From positions 84,940,001 to 85,004,000 of the forward strand of contig OX597816.1 of NCBI GenBank assembly GCA_951406725.2: DNA of 64,000 bases. Reading direction: 5' to 3'. The position numbers and the translations under genes are program-made. Shown one piece after another: positions 1-12,781 of this stretch (positions within the stretch are counted from its first letter, which is position 1; every line of letters starts with the position of its first letter). The notes beneath the pieces are model-generated. The model searched no databases and was not told where the DNA came from. It saw only the letters and a list, made by a program, of their open reading frames with translations. The DNA is from Octopus vulgaris. Lineage: Eukaryota.

Positions 1-27
1 TCACCACTTCCTCCTCTTCTTCCTTTT

Positions 28-115
28 ACTACTACTACTACTACTACTACTGCTGCTGCTGGTACAATTACTACTACTATTAACACCACCTCCACCACCA
101 CCACCATCCGCCACT

Positions 116-165
<50 letters not shown>

Positions 166-230
166 AGCTGCGGCTGCTGTTTCTAATGCTGCTAGTACTA
201 CAATTACGATTACTACTACTAAAAATTTAA
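28..230. repeat. Compound (CTA)n/(CAC)n trinucleotide microsatellite
   Basis: Runs of ACTACTACT and CACCACCAC; source of the poly-V/G/S ORF 1..345. Confidence 0.95.
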
Positions 231-827
231 TATAACAGACAACTGATTTCAAAGAAAAATTACATTGAGACAGACATCCATATATGGGTATACATATATA
301 CATATATAAACATATACATTCGCTCATATGCATATATACACACATAAAAATGAAAAATATTCAAAAAAAGAACAAGACTAATTGAGCAGAGGATATTAGA
401 GAACTTAAGCAAACAAATAAAATTTTATTAGAAATATGAGAAAATTTCAACGTCGACTCCATTGGTTTCACGTAACCTGCTGAGTTATCCTTATTTCTTT
501 CCAGAATATTTCGGATTTTTACGGTAATTTATAGACACTGTGTATTTATATATATATATTTATATAATATGATATACGTAAACAAGAGAATGCGTACACA
601 CACACACACAAAAGACACACATATATGCATATTTACACGTGTATATATACATATACACAAGCGTATATACATACATAGACAGCCGTGATAATTATCTCCA
701 TTTTGAATGAGAGTTTACATGACGTTACATGAGGTTACACGAAACTGAACGGAATTTCGAAATAACTACACAGATCAATGGAAGTAACTTGTAAGAATAC
801 CTTAACCGTTATCTCCTTGGAGTTAGT

Positions 828-1247
828 TTTACTCTTTTTTACTCTTTTACTTGTTTCAGTCATTTGATTGTAACCATGCTGGAGCACCGCGTTTAGTCGA
901 GCAAATCGCCCCCAGGACGTATTCTTTGTAAGCCTAGAACTTATTCTATCGGTCTCTCTTGCCGAACCGCTAAGTTACGGGGACGTAAACACACCACAAT
1001 CGGTAGTCAAGCGATGTTGGGGGGACAAACACAGACACACAAACATATACACACGCACGTACATATATATACATACATATATACGACGGGTTTCTTTCAG
1101 TTTCCGTCTACCAAATCCACTCACAAGGATTTGGTCGGCCCGAGGCCATAGTAGAAGACACTTGCCCAAAGTGCCACGCAGTGGGACTGAACCCGGAACC
1201 ATGTGATTTGTAAGCAAGCTACTTACCACACAGCCACTCCTACGCCT
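828..1247 (-). mobile_element. tRNA-derived SINE, family A (Octopus-type), full length
   Basis: Minus strand head GGAGTGGCTGTGTGGTAAG...GGTTCCGGGTTCAGTCCC (A/B-box like), internal (TA)/(TG) tract, tail of GAGTAAAA repeats; near-identical copies at 4943-5369 and 16523-16848. Confidence 0.9.
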
Positions 1248-1504
1248 TCTGCATGTCTGTTTTCCTTCTCGTGATCTTGGTCACTCTCTTGTAACGGGGA
1301 ATATTTTCATCCAAAATGCAGATGATTGCCAATACTTTCATGTGACTCGTTGAACAAATGTAAAAATTTGTTCACAAGAATCCATTGGTTGCATTGTTAA
1401 CCCACAAATAAGGAATATTTAAGTACTAAAGCGAGGCTGCAGACTCCTTCATCCTTAACTTGCCGAAGGTCTGTCTCAAAAATGTTTTTGTATAAGAATA
1501 AACT

Positions 1505-2483
1505 TGTACAGCGAATATGGTGAGTGGGGCTTAGTTTCCAATCAAAACTGCTCCGGCCTTTGGAATGTCATCCTCGCTCTATGTCACTAAGCATTATTCT
1601 GATGGAATATCACCTTTCGTCTTGAAACGAAAGACGTTAGTTTTTCTTCTGCGCATGTTGCTGAAGTTTACTCGCAGTGGATCTTTGTTATCGTTTGGTT
1701 TGGGTTTAAAAGTTTAAAGTGGATTAAAGCTTTCATATCTCACTAAACAGATAACAACAACCTACGTGGGTGAATACCTTCTTTAGCCTGGGTTACCGGT
1801 GTTTGTCATTTCTCTATCCACTGTCTTCGGCTTTTGACATTTTTATAGAGAATACCTTTCTCGTCACCACTCACTAATCGTGAGACCTGACTGCAAAGAT
1901 GAGCACATATTCACTCTCTGTACGCGATTAGACTCGGAAACTTTGTGACCAACCCAGTGATCCAATTTTCTGCTTTTACAGATGGCACACATGTGTCAAT
2001 GAATAGTTAAATGACCAAACCCAAGCCTCTCTGCTAGTTCCTCAACAGTTACGATGGACTTTTGTTCCACTAGTGTTGTCAGCACGTCCTCGTCGAGCTC
2101 TGCAATCTTCCAGGACGAGAATCGTCTTCTAGGCTGTAGTTTCTGGATCGGAATTTCAGGAGCCACCGTCGATATTGACTTACGCTTATTGTCCGATCCT
2201 CCATATACTGCATTAATATTCCTCGCACTTTCCGTTGCTTTGTTGCCTTTATTGAACTCGTAATGCAAAATATGCCGAATATGCTCCTTTGTCACTTCCA
2301 TTATAGCTTTGAAAGAATAACTGTTAAAATCAAACTGCACTCTTCAAAACTTGCACTAAGAATAAAACAAGGTAAATTTACTACCTGCTTTTACAGCAAG
2401 TCGAAGCAGGTTGTTTATCTCGTCCTCCACCGACTTTTAGTACATGTAACTAAAGAAACCGCATTATTTATGGGATGACACAA
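1505..2483 (-). mobile_element. Mariner transposon fossil (transposase pseudogene, one TIR)
   Basis: ORF 1996..2340 MEVTKEHIRHILHYEFNKGNKATESARNINAVYG is a mariner N-terminal HTH; degraded catalytic region runs down to a PHSPYS motif near 1510-1530; TIR-like end CCGCATTATTTATGGGATGACACAA followed by TA at 2484-2485. Confidence 0.85.
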
Positions 2484-3074
2484 TACATACACACACAGAG
2501 GAAAGTAAGCTATAAATAGTCGACTGACACTTATGCATAAGTATACATATTTATGTATAGATATGTAAAGTGTTGAGAAGAACAAAGGATTAGGCTTCTG
2601 CACAATCAGCATGAATGATGATTCGTAATCGGGACATTTAAAGAATATGGCACTATTGCAGGAGGAGATATAATCAAATAATTGATGGTATTTTGAGGAG
2701 AGCAGTGAACAATTCAGATGTGTTTTCCGTTCTAAGGGAATGTGATATTGAGTCAGAGAAACCGGAATTGTTAAAGTCCTGATGAGATATGTGAGAGGAA
2801 GTGAGAGTCTGCACGTACAGACTCTCACTTTAGCATTGTATGACAAACATAAATAAAGAATGCACCCTGGACAACTGAAATGGTTTGTAGAAGCGGATTG
2901 ACAAATTTACTCCTCAAAGAGAAATAGAATGTGTGCTTTTCGCATGAGATGATGTGTGCGATCTCGTTTGTAGAGAAATGATTGGATGTTTGCAGAGAAG
3001 GGGAGGAAATTGCTTAAGCGTTTGGATAAATGTCTTCTCAGAGTGAACTTGATACATATAAATAATAGGGTGGG

Positions 3075-3270
3075 TTCAGTAAGCGAGTTGCCAGAACCGT
3101 TAGCACCCCACGCGAAATGTTTAACGGAATTTCGTTCGTGCGTGCGATCTGAATTCAAATACTGCTAAGGTCTAATTTGCTTTTTCTCCTTTCGTGGTTG
3201 ATTAAATTAGGACTAGTCTAGCATTGAGTTACATGTAATCAATTTACCCGCTACTCAAAATGTCTGGCCC
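3075..3270 (+). mobile_element. Degraded SINE, family B
   Basis: GCGAGTTGCCAGAACCGTTAGCAC...TCCTTTCGTGGTTGATTAAATTAG aligns by eye to copies at 15278-15511 and 57677-58036. Confidence 0.65.
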
Positions 3271-3491
3271 AAATAAGAAGAGAAAATTGGGGGTGGTTTC
3301 ATAAGTGATAACGACAAAACGTTACTGATGATGGACTTAATTCTAGTAGCCATGTCAAAAATATTTTATTTTTTTTTAATACAGCTTTCACCTCTAGCAA
3401 TTATTCGAAAATAATTTTTGTATAAACCTCGAGAAGAGAAAATTGAATTCATTTTCAATCTCTCCAATTTATCTGTCCACCTGCCTCTTAG

Positions 3492-3494
<3 letters not shown>

Positions 3495-3572
<78 letters not shown>
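3495..3572. repeat. (CA)n microsatellite
   Basis: Pure CA run. Confidence 0.97.
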
Positions 3573-3578
<6 letters not shown>

Positions 3579-4847
3579 ATACACATATATATTTACGTAC
3601 ACTTGTAGAACGTTTACTTTTATATCCAAATAAATCGAAAAGAGAAGACCGAAGATTAAAATCTTTCTATAAAGACTGGTGTATAACCTAACTGTTCCTC
3701 TGCTAATCACCACACGCTAAGACAAACACTTTCACAAAATCAAGACGAAGTATTACAGCATCTTCACTGTAAAGAACAACAGCATATACACACAATTATT
3801 AACTCATACAAATACATGCACGCAAATTCACATACACATACACACACACGCTAACACAAACGAAGAAAGAAACACTTATAGAAGAATATTCAGTAAGCAA
3901 AACAATATGGACATGGTTTTGATCAAGAAATGTCTTAATGTACATTGTGGTAAATGAACTGTCGCTAATGATCTTTAAAAGGAAAAGTACAGTAATGTGA
4001 ACAGCAATGATGTTGCTGGTGGTGTTGATGGTGATGATGGCGGTGGTAGTATTTAAGATGGAGATGGGATTTAGAGGAAGGTAGTAATAGTTATGATGAC
4101 GATGATAATAACAATAATAATGATTATGATAATGATGGAGATCACTTATTTGATGGCAACCCTATTAAGCAATTTTGTCATTAAACGACAATTATAAAAA
4201 GAAAAACAATTAATAAACAGTAACCAATGAAAAATAGAAACATGAAAGCAAAAAAGGAAAACAAAAACAATGAAAAATAATAAAAACAGCTAAAGTTTAA
4301 CATTAAAGCTGAAAGAACATCAAATTACTTATTCTCTTCATTTTCTCCGATAGCAACATCAACAACAACAACAACACCCACGAAGTAAATGTATTGTCTT
4401 TAAACTGTAAATGATATATTTTGGCTCTCATTATCTCTCCCTCTTTCTCCTTCATCTACACACATATTATCTCTCTTTCACTCTCTCACTTCCCGTTAGC
4501 TGATCAAGCAGATTATAGTTTCTGATGATTACTATAATAAGCACATCTTGTATTTATGTGTGTATGCGTGTCTATGTGCATGTGTGCAGAATGAAAGGAG
4601 AGGATGGAGAGATAATGTGTTCCTCTGTCTGTGTGCATGTGTGTATGTGTATGTTTGAGTGCATCTGAGTGTAAACTTCAACTATCAAATTTTAGCAGCC
4701 TCCAATCTCTTCATGAAATTAAAAGTGCAATATCGGCAAAATTGCTTGAGAATAGTTAAGTAAGTATTGAACTTTTTTAAAAGTCACATAGCATACTATA
4801 TCTTGTATGATGCATAAAATGAAATATTTTTCTTATCGGCATACACG

Positions 4848-4853
<6 letters not shown>

Positions 4854-4931
<78 letters not shown>
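4854..4931. repeat. (TA)n microsatellite
   Basis: Pure TA run next to the SINE tail. Confidence 0.97.
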
Positions 4932-4934
<3 letters not shown>

Positions 4935-4942
4935 AATATATA

Positions 4943-5175
4943 TACTCTTCTACTCTTTTACTTGTTTCAGTCATTTGACTGCAGCCACGCTGGAGCACCG
5001 CCTTTAGTCGAGCAAATCGACCCCAGGACTTATTCTTTGTAAGCCTAGTACCTATTCTATTCTATCGTTCTCTTTTGCCGAACCGCTATGTTACGGTGAC
5101 GTAAACACACCAGCATCGGTTGTCAAGCGGTGTTGTGGTGACAAGCACAGACACAAAAACATATACATACACATA

Positions 5176-5214
<39 letters not shown>

Positions 5215-5369
5215 GCGATATGCCTCTTTCAGTTTCCGTCTACCAAATCCACTCACAAGGCTTTGGTCGGCCCGAGGGTATAGTAGAAGACACTTACCCC
5301 AGGTTCCATGCAGTGGGAATGAGCCCGGAACTATGTGGTTGGTATGCAAGCTACTTACCCCACAGCCAC
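4943..5369 (-). mobile_element. tRNA-derived SINE, family A
   Basis: Colinear with 828-1247; internal (TA)n expanded at ~5180-5210. Confidence 0.9.
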
Positions 5370-5734
5370 GTGTGTGTGTACATATGTATAGTAAAATAAT
5401 TACCCACATATGTAATATGTTCGCGTCAATTAAAGATACACATACACGCACACATGTACACATTCATGTAATACTTTTTATTTCATTATGGAGTGATATT
5501 AGCCTCAAAATCAATGAAATATATCTAGCCACCGATTCTTTAACTCTTTCGTAGCCCAAACATTCCGCTTTTCACCTTTGGAAAAGTTACCAACCTTATA
5601 TGTATGATCACAATATATTAACATATACGTACAAGTATTAATCTATACACACAGACATACACGTATATGTATATATGTAAGTGTAGTATGAAAATCGAAA
5701 AGAATGTGGGTACGATTTACGAAAAAGGAGAGGC

Positions 5735-5784
5735 AAATGCACTCATCAGCCATGGAGACTAGAATTAGCATAGTTTCGGCACTT
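5735..5784 (-). ncRNA. Candidate type II (permuted) hammerhead ribozyme
   Basis: Minus strand AAGTGCC GAAA CTA tgctaattc TAG TC T CCATGG CTGATGA GTGCATTT; both core boxes present, 4-bp stem III, GUC triplet, palindromic stem I, bulged stem II. Confidence 0.3.
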
Positions 5785-5894
5785 TTGCAGTTAACCAACT
5801 TTAATTTCTATGATGATATTTATCTGGCTGTCACCGCTTGATTCGTTGTACCCAGCATATTTTAAAATCATTTCGTTCTGGATTTCCTATTTTT

Positions 5895-5975
5895 ATTGGG
5901 GTCGATTCATTCGAGTGGAAATTCAAAGCAGTGCTCCAACATGGTCACAGTCTAATGACCGAAACAAATAAGAAA
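5895..5975 (+). mobile_element. 3' fragment of a family A-related SINE
   Basis: GGGGTCGATTCATTCGA...GCAGTGCTCCAACATGGTCACAGTCTAATGACCGAAACAAATAA matches the family A tail. Confidence 0.6.
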
Positions 5976-6354
5976 AAGGCAAAATCCCTCATTTGTCTTT
6001 CTCTTTGCATTTCTTTTGTATTTTGACACTCACTTATCTTTCTCCTATCTCTCAATCTTTGTTTCTATCTCAAACTTGCCCTTTTTATCTGCCCTCTTTC
6101 AAAAGTTGACTTTCTCTCTCTCTCTCTCTGTCTCACTCTTTCTCTTTTACGCACTTCTATGCGCTACCACTATTAATGCGGCCCAATCTGAAAATTGCTC
6201 AACCTCATTCGGGCTGTTTTAATGAATATTTTATTGAAATTAGACAATCTTTCTTTCTTGTTTCCTTCCATTCGACACGAAAGTATCTTCCCTATTCCTT
6301 CCGCCATACTTTTTCCGTGCTTTTGCAAAAGGCTATCACTTTGCGTGGTATGTT

Positions 6355-6512
6355 GGTGCAGGCGTGGCTGTGTGATAAGTGGCTTACTTTTCAGTCACGT
6401 GGTTTCGGGTTCCGCTCCATTACATGGCATCTTGGAGAACTGTCTTCTCCTAAATTCACGAACTGACCAAAGACTTGTAACTTGAATTGGTAGAGAGAAG
6501 GTGAGGCCCATG
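6355..6512 (+). mobile_element. Degraded 5' half of SINE family A
   Basis: GGCGTGGCTGTGTGATAAG...TTTCGGGTTCCGCTCC...TGACCAAAGACTTGT matches the family A head. Confidence 0.75.
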
Positions 6513-7030
6513 GTACATACACACTGACACGTAAACACACACTCACACAACGACATACACACGCATATATATGTATACATTTATTTATATGTACATTCAC
6601 TACTGTATATAAACGATATATTTAGTTAGAATTCAAAACACGGAGCATAAGTCAGGTGTATTGTTTAGTGTGCGCGATTATATTTATATATTTACACTGC
6701 GTTTGATGCCTAGATATTTGGGTAGAAATAATCGAATGGCAAAGTCTATATTTCAGTAATATGCTTTCTGATCTTCCTATAAGCTGTAAATACATTGCAA
6801 AAATATGGAGATAATCAATGTAAAATCATGTGTTGTATTATTTTTCAAATGCATATATTTAAAACACACACGCGCACACACACATACATATATGTATATA
6901 TTTATATAAATTCAAGTAAAGATTATGAACCTCAAAAAAGTATAATAAATCCTATCAAAATACTGGTTAGTAGCCAATCAATAGAAAGTTCAACCACAAG
7001 GTAACCATATAAACCGTGGTCCATTTATTT

Positions 7031-7725
7031 ATATATTTAAAGAATAAGGGGGAAAATAGAGTAGTAATTAATAAAATATTATTTATTAATTATAAAATAT
7101 GACAACATCTCTGGCAGTTGCTCGATTCAGTAATCTTTAGATAATTAAATTGTAAATTTAAAATCATTATAAGATTAATCTCTTCAGAGGTAGTAAAGAC
7201 ATACCGATTAGAAATACATGCTAAAGTAAGGGCTATAAAGCGTTATATACAAAAAAGAACCGGTTATAGACGGCCTCATTCCAACATAAGGGGAGAAGGT
7301 AGTGTATATTTTGTCTTAAAGAAAGAAAAGAAAAACGCATGTATATTTGAATATATAATAATGTCATATAGCGTCGTACTTCTTTATAATACAGCAATAC
7401 AAAAATTTAAAGTTATAAAATTCAAGTCAAGTAGAAGCAAAAAGTGCCAATTATATATTAACTGAAGCTATCAGAAAAAGATAAATAATTTCTTTTTGTA
7501 TATATGCTATCAGTTACCGGTTTATAGCCTTTATCTCAACATGTAATCACTAATCGGTATATCTTTGCTACCTCTGAAGAGAATTATCTCATGAAGATTT
7601 TAATTTTATAAATTATCTGAAAACTATTGAATCGAAACAGCTGTCAGAGATGTTGTCATGTTTTATAATTAGTAAATAATATTTTATTAATTACCTCTCC
7701 ATTTTCTCCTTCTTCTTTATATATA
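7031..7725. mobile_element. Penelope-like element remnant: ~230-bp inverted arms, each with a hammerhead-like motif
   Basis: 7031-7259 is a diverged reverse complement of 7489-7725; TA-rich flanks; CTGAAGA...GAAACAGCTGTC in the right arm. Confidence 0.65.
7570..7650 (+). ncRNA. Type I hammerhead-like motif, weak stem I
   Basis: CTGAAGA at 7574-7580, long stem II/loop closed G-C, GAAA at 7634-7637, palindromic ACAGCTGT, GUC site; stem I only 2 bp. Confidence 0.5.
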
Positions 7726-7869
7726 TATTTTATAATTATATACATAATCATAACAAGCATTTGGTTATGTGCCTCACCATGCACTGAAAACTAGACGCCA
7801 AATGACACTATTACCACTATAAATTCTCCGAGAATAACACACCAAATAATAGGCTAGCAAAAGAAAGAA

Positions 7870-8050
7870 AATGAATTAGAACTTTCAGTTACACGCCTAC
7901 AAGATCCTGTTTCGAGCTTAAAGTAAAAACAAATATTACCAATTGCTTTCATCAGCGATGGTATTCCATAGCATAAATTCACGAGTGTCTAGTGTCTAGT
8001 GATGAAAGCAATAGGCAATATTGTTTTACTGGTTCTTCAATATTGCCTTT
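7870..8050. mobile_element. Short inverted PLE-terminus remnant with degenerate hammerhead (minus strand 7893-7960)
   Basis: GTAAAAACAAATATTACCAATTGCTTTCATCA is inverted with TGATGAAAGCAATAGGCAATATTGTTTTAC; minus strand CTGATGA aagc...gctc GAAA CAGG AT CTTG TA. Confidence 0.5.
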
Positions 8051-8059
8051 CTACCGTTT

Positions 8060-10360
8060 ATTACCCATTTGACAACATAAACTTCCACAAAGCGGACTGG
8101 GGAACAATCAGAAAGGATCTGTCTTCCATCGACTGGTCTTTTACTCTCAATTCCTCTCATATTGAGACCGCGTGGCAGCACTTTGAAAACATTGTCACCT
8201 ATACATGCTCTAAACACGCTCCCAAGAAATCTACTAACACAAACAGAAACCGGCTCCCTAAAAAGAAAAAAAACACTCATCAGGCGCATCAAAAGACTCA
8301 ACAAAAAAATCAACCAATTAAAATATTCCCACACACAACATCCACACTCAACAACAATGAAAAGACTACAGCTGGAAAAACTTCATCTGCAGACCAACAT
8401 GAAAACCTCCATTGAAAATCAAAGAGCTGTGGAGGAACAATGGGTAATCAAAAACATCAAACAGAACCCAAAAGTGTTCTATTCTTATGCAAATAAGCAT
8501 AGAACCACTGTCTCACCCATTGGGCCATTGATTGATGATAACGGCATTCCCCAACACGATGATAAAGAAATGGCAGAAATACTGCAGAAACAATACTGCT
8601 CTGTCTTTAGTGTTCCCACTGATATTGACGTAAGGGAAACGAACGAAGTTGACTCCCAACACAAAATATCAGACATAACCTTCACTGCCACCGACATCGT
8701 AGCAGCAATAAATGAGGTCAAATATTACTCTGCTGTAGGCCCTGATAGATTTCCCGCTAGTCTCCTGAAGGAATGTAGATACCAACTTGCAGTCCCTCTG
8801 ACCTACCTCTGGAGAAATTCGTTAGACGCAGGTTATATACCGAAACAGTTTCTATCCCAGTCGGTCATCCCGGTTTTCAAACAGGGAAACAGATCCCTCG
8901 CAGTCAACTATCGCCCAATCTCACTCACCTCCCACATCATTAAAGTGTTTGAAAGAGTGTTAAGATCAAGGATAGCTGACTTCCTGGAGACCCACAAACT
9001 CCTAAATGCAAATCAGCATGGCTTTCGCTGTGGCAGGGACTGTCTAACACAGCTCTTACACCATATTGAAGATGTACTCAAAGCCTTGGGAACAGGTTCA
9101 AACTCTGACGTCATATATCTTGACTTCAGTAAAGCGTTCGACAGGGTAAACCATAACATCCTACTCTCAAAATTGGCAAACGTTGGAATCCGTGGAAAAG
9201 TTCTACACTGGATTAAGTATTTTCTGGCGAATAGAACACAACATGTTGTAGTTGATGGAGTCCACTCAAACCCAGCAAAAGTCACCAGCGGTGTTGCCCA
9301 GGAAACTGTTTTGGGTCCGCTACTCTTCATAATTTACGTAAACGACCTTTCCAGTGTCGTACATTACTGCAAAGTGAAAATATTTGCTGATGACACTAAG
9401 CTCCCGCAAATCGTCAATGAAGAAACAGACCGAACTCAACTCCAGTGTGATCTATATGCTGTGAGTCAATGGGCAGACAGAAACAAAATGCAACTGAATG
9501 AGGGAAAATTTGAGCTGATGCATTTTGGAAGAAATTCCTCACTAAAACAACCATACTCTCTTCCTTCAGGGGAACAGCTCACAGCCTCTAACAATATCAG
9601 AGACCTGGGTGTAATTGTTGATGACGATCTCAGTTGGAGTGCACACATCAACAAGAAGGTCGATATAGCTCGTAGGATGAGTTCCTGGATCTTAAGAACT
9701 TTCCGGTCCAGAGAACAAGGTGTCATCATACCACTTTTTTCCTCCTTTGTACGGCCACACCTTGAATACTGCTGCCCACTGTGGTCTCCTCACACAAGAC
9801 AAAACATCTCCAGAATTGAGTCACCCCAGAGGGCACTCACTAAACAAATTGAAAGCATGGCTGCTCTCGATTATTGGGATCGCCTTAAAGCCTTGAAACT
9901 TTACTCCCTCCAGCGTCGCCGTGAGCGGTACATCATTTGTACGATGTGGAAAATATACCGCCAACTTTGCCCAAACGACCTGAACATTAGCTTCAAGGTT
10001 CATCCAAGACTTGGACCACGGGCTATACGTCCCCTGCCCAATTCAAGATCACAACATACATGTACACTGCAACATAATTTCTTTTCTTCAACAGGCCCTG
10101 CCCTATTTAACATTGTCCCGAGGGAGATCAAAGAGGAAAAGGATCCCATCAACTTTAAACAGAGTCTGGATAGATTCCTTCAAAGAATACCAGATAAGCC
10201 ACCCATAATTGGATATAACTCACCCAACAAGAACTCACTAATTGAACAAAACTTGACTTAAACAAAAATTGACTTAAACAGGATTCGAATAATCCTATCA
10301 GGTGGTGCTATTAATTTAGACATGGCCTGGAGCAATCTTTGGTCGAAACATATCTAAGTT
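8060..10360 (+). mobile_element. 5'-truncated CR1/L2-group LINE retrotransposon
   Basis: EN-RT linker (NFHKADW...IDW) plus RT; short 3' UTR ending at (TA)n; no endonuclease domain. Confidence 0.92.
8162..10261 (+). pseudogene. LINE ORF2 reverse transcriptase (truncated; 1-bp frameshift in A-run near 8265)
   Basis: Motifs NYRPISLTS, QHGFR, YLDFSKAFD, GVAQETVLGPLLF, FADDTK, RDLGV, VRPHLEYCCPLWSP. Confidence 0.92.
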
Positions 10361-10530
10361 TATATATATATATATATACATACACTACAAATAATTTTGT
10401 AGCCACATTTGTATGAAATCGTTTAAGTTTTATGAAGTAGGCTTCTCTGGACAAGAAGAACGACATTATTTGATATTATACTGAAACGTCAGGTAAATTT
10501 TCTTCACGATACACACGCATACACAATTAT

Positions 10531-10532
10531 AC

Positions 10533-10610
<78 letters not shown>
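10531..10610. repeat. (CA)n microsatellite
   Basis: CA run with a few CG interruptions. Confidence 0.95.
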
Positions 10611-10613
<3 letters not shown>

Positions 10614-11221
10614 TGCACAAATATTTCTGTAAATACACATGCATAGATTTATGCGTATTAAGCATTTGTTAAGTTGTTCACTAACCTTTATATTCTAGAG
10701 ACAGTCTTTTGTTAATGCTTCAAATATTCATTATTCCAGTTTTAGAGCATTCTTTACTAAGTTGTTTATCATTTGGTCGTGATATATCAATAAAAAATAT
10801 CTTGGAAAGATACACACCAACGTATGCACTCACACTCCTACATATACTTGAATGTATATACGCATGTGTGTACTGTGTGTGTGTGTGTGAGTGTGTGTGT
10901 ATACATGCTCGCGCGTGTGTGCGTGCGCGCAGGTGATATAAACACATTTCAATAGAGAGCAGTTACATGAAAATATAAATAATATGCCAATATCTCTTGT
11001 TTAGTACGATACCTTGTTATTTGTGCATCTGCTTGTCAGGAAAGACAGTTTGGCTGGAAATATCCATATTTATATGATGAATTATTGGTACATGAAATTC
11101 ATTCCGAAGTATTTTAAATTCGCAATTTTACATTTGAATTTGTATTTCACAAAATCCTTTTTAGGTAACTAATGCAGATTTTTGCGGCATTCGCGTACCA
11201 GAGCAAATTCATGTAACTATA

Positions 11222-11350
11222 GCAAATAACCTCGTATCAAAAGTGTGTACGGACACTTTAGTAAGTGCATGAATGTGCGGAGACATAGTAGATACAGGGG
11301 TATGCTGTCCTTGACTCTACATTGCTGTCTACGTTATTAAGACACCTCGA
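11222..11350 (+). repeat. ~130-bp direct repeat, copy 1
   Basis: AAAGTGTGTACGGACACTTTAGTAAGTGC...TTATTAAGACACCTCGA recurs at 12362-12490. Confidence 0.9.
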
Positions 11351-11870
11351 GTGTGTGTGTGTGTGTGAGTGCATGTGTACATGTGCATTAATGCGTACCC
11401 TTTCTTAGTTGGACATTCCTCAAGCGATACTTGTTCTCTCTCCTGCCAGCTTCACTGCTGATACGCCTCAGTTTTGTGCTCTGCTAGTCTGCTAGTTGCT
11501 GAGAAGAGTAGATCTGCACCTTGGTGTATTTCATTGTCTTAGGAAATCTAGCACGTGAACGACATGTTAGGAATCTTGGTCTGCGCTACGTAGTCTTCTT
11601 TGAATTTCCCATTACATGTCCAAATCATTTACTTATCACGTTAATGGTGTTTTAAATGAAAGACTTTACTCATGCAGATATTTCTCATCGCATTTCATAG
11701 CATGAGATATGTGCGTTTCTATTAAGTAAGAAGATATGCAAAATATCGAAGGTGATGTCGATGAATGGAAAGAAAGAGAAAAGACAGTGTATTGATATAC
11801 ATACGTTCACAGTTTGTGTCTGTGTCTCACTCCACAGTCTCATACACACGCACATGCATACACACATGAG

Positions 11871-11875
<5 letters not shown>

Positions 11876-11928
<53 letters not shown>
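11876..11928. repeat. (GA)n microsatellite
   Basis: Pure GA run. Confidence 0.95.
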
Positions 11929-11930
<2 letters not shown>

Positions 11931-12361
11931 AAGAGAGAAAGAGAGAGATTGGAAGACATAAAGAGAAACAGTAAGAGATGAAAAACACACAAATAGAACG
12001 AAGAAGATTATGCGTTAAGGAAAAGGACAAAAAAGACCGATATGAATTTACAGACGTAAAACACGTGCTGGTAAAATCAAAGAAATGAAACGAACCCGTA
12101 ATAAGAAGAATGTAAGATTATAAATAAATGTAACATTTCGGGATGTTTACTTCATCAAAGAGTGAAAGAGAAATATAAGAAATAAGGAAATAACAAGGGA
12201 GAGGGAAACAGATAGAGTGCGAGCGAGCGGGAGAGGGGGAGAGGGAGAGAGAGAGAAAGAGAGCAGTGTACCTATATAAATATACATACACGCACACACG
12301 CGCAAACACACGAATATATATATATATATATATATACACATAGCAAGGTAAAGTCAATGAC

Positions 12362-12490
12362 AAGCATAACCATCTATCGAAAGTGTGTACGGACACTTTA
12401 GTAAGTGCGTGAGTGTGCGGAAACATTGTAGATACACGGGTATGCTGTCCTTGACCCTACCTTGCTGTCTTCGTTATTAAGACACCTCGA
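12362..12490 (+). repeat. ~130-bp direct repeat, copy 2
   Basis: Colinear with 11222-11350 with scattered substitutions. Confidence 0.9.
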
Positions 12491-12529
12491 TTCTATTGGT
12501 TCCTGGAAGAGATTATGTATGCATGTATA

Positions 12530-12610
<81 letters not shown>

Positions 12611-12727
12611 TGTTACTTTTTATCATTATTATTATTATTGTTATTATTATTGTTCTTCTTATTATTATTATTATTACTAGTCTTCTTCTGCTTCCTGCTA
12701 ACTTAACCGATACCGCAAATGGAGTTG

Positions 12728-12781
<54 letters not shown>

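Noticed and set aside
8026-10003. Antisense ORFs within the CR1/L2 LINE (and likewise 45991-48039 within Dong)
   Set aside because: Shadow frames of RT coding sequence
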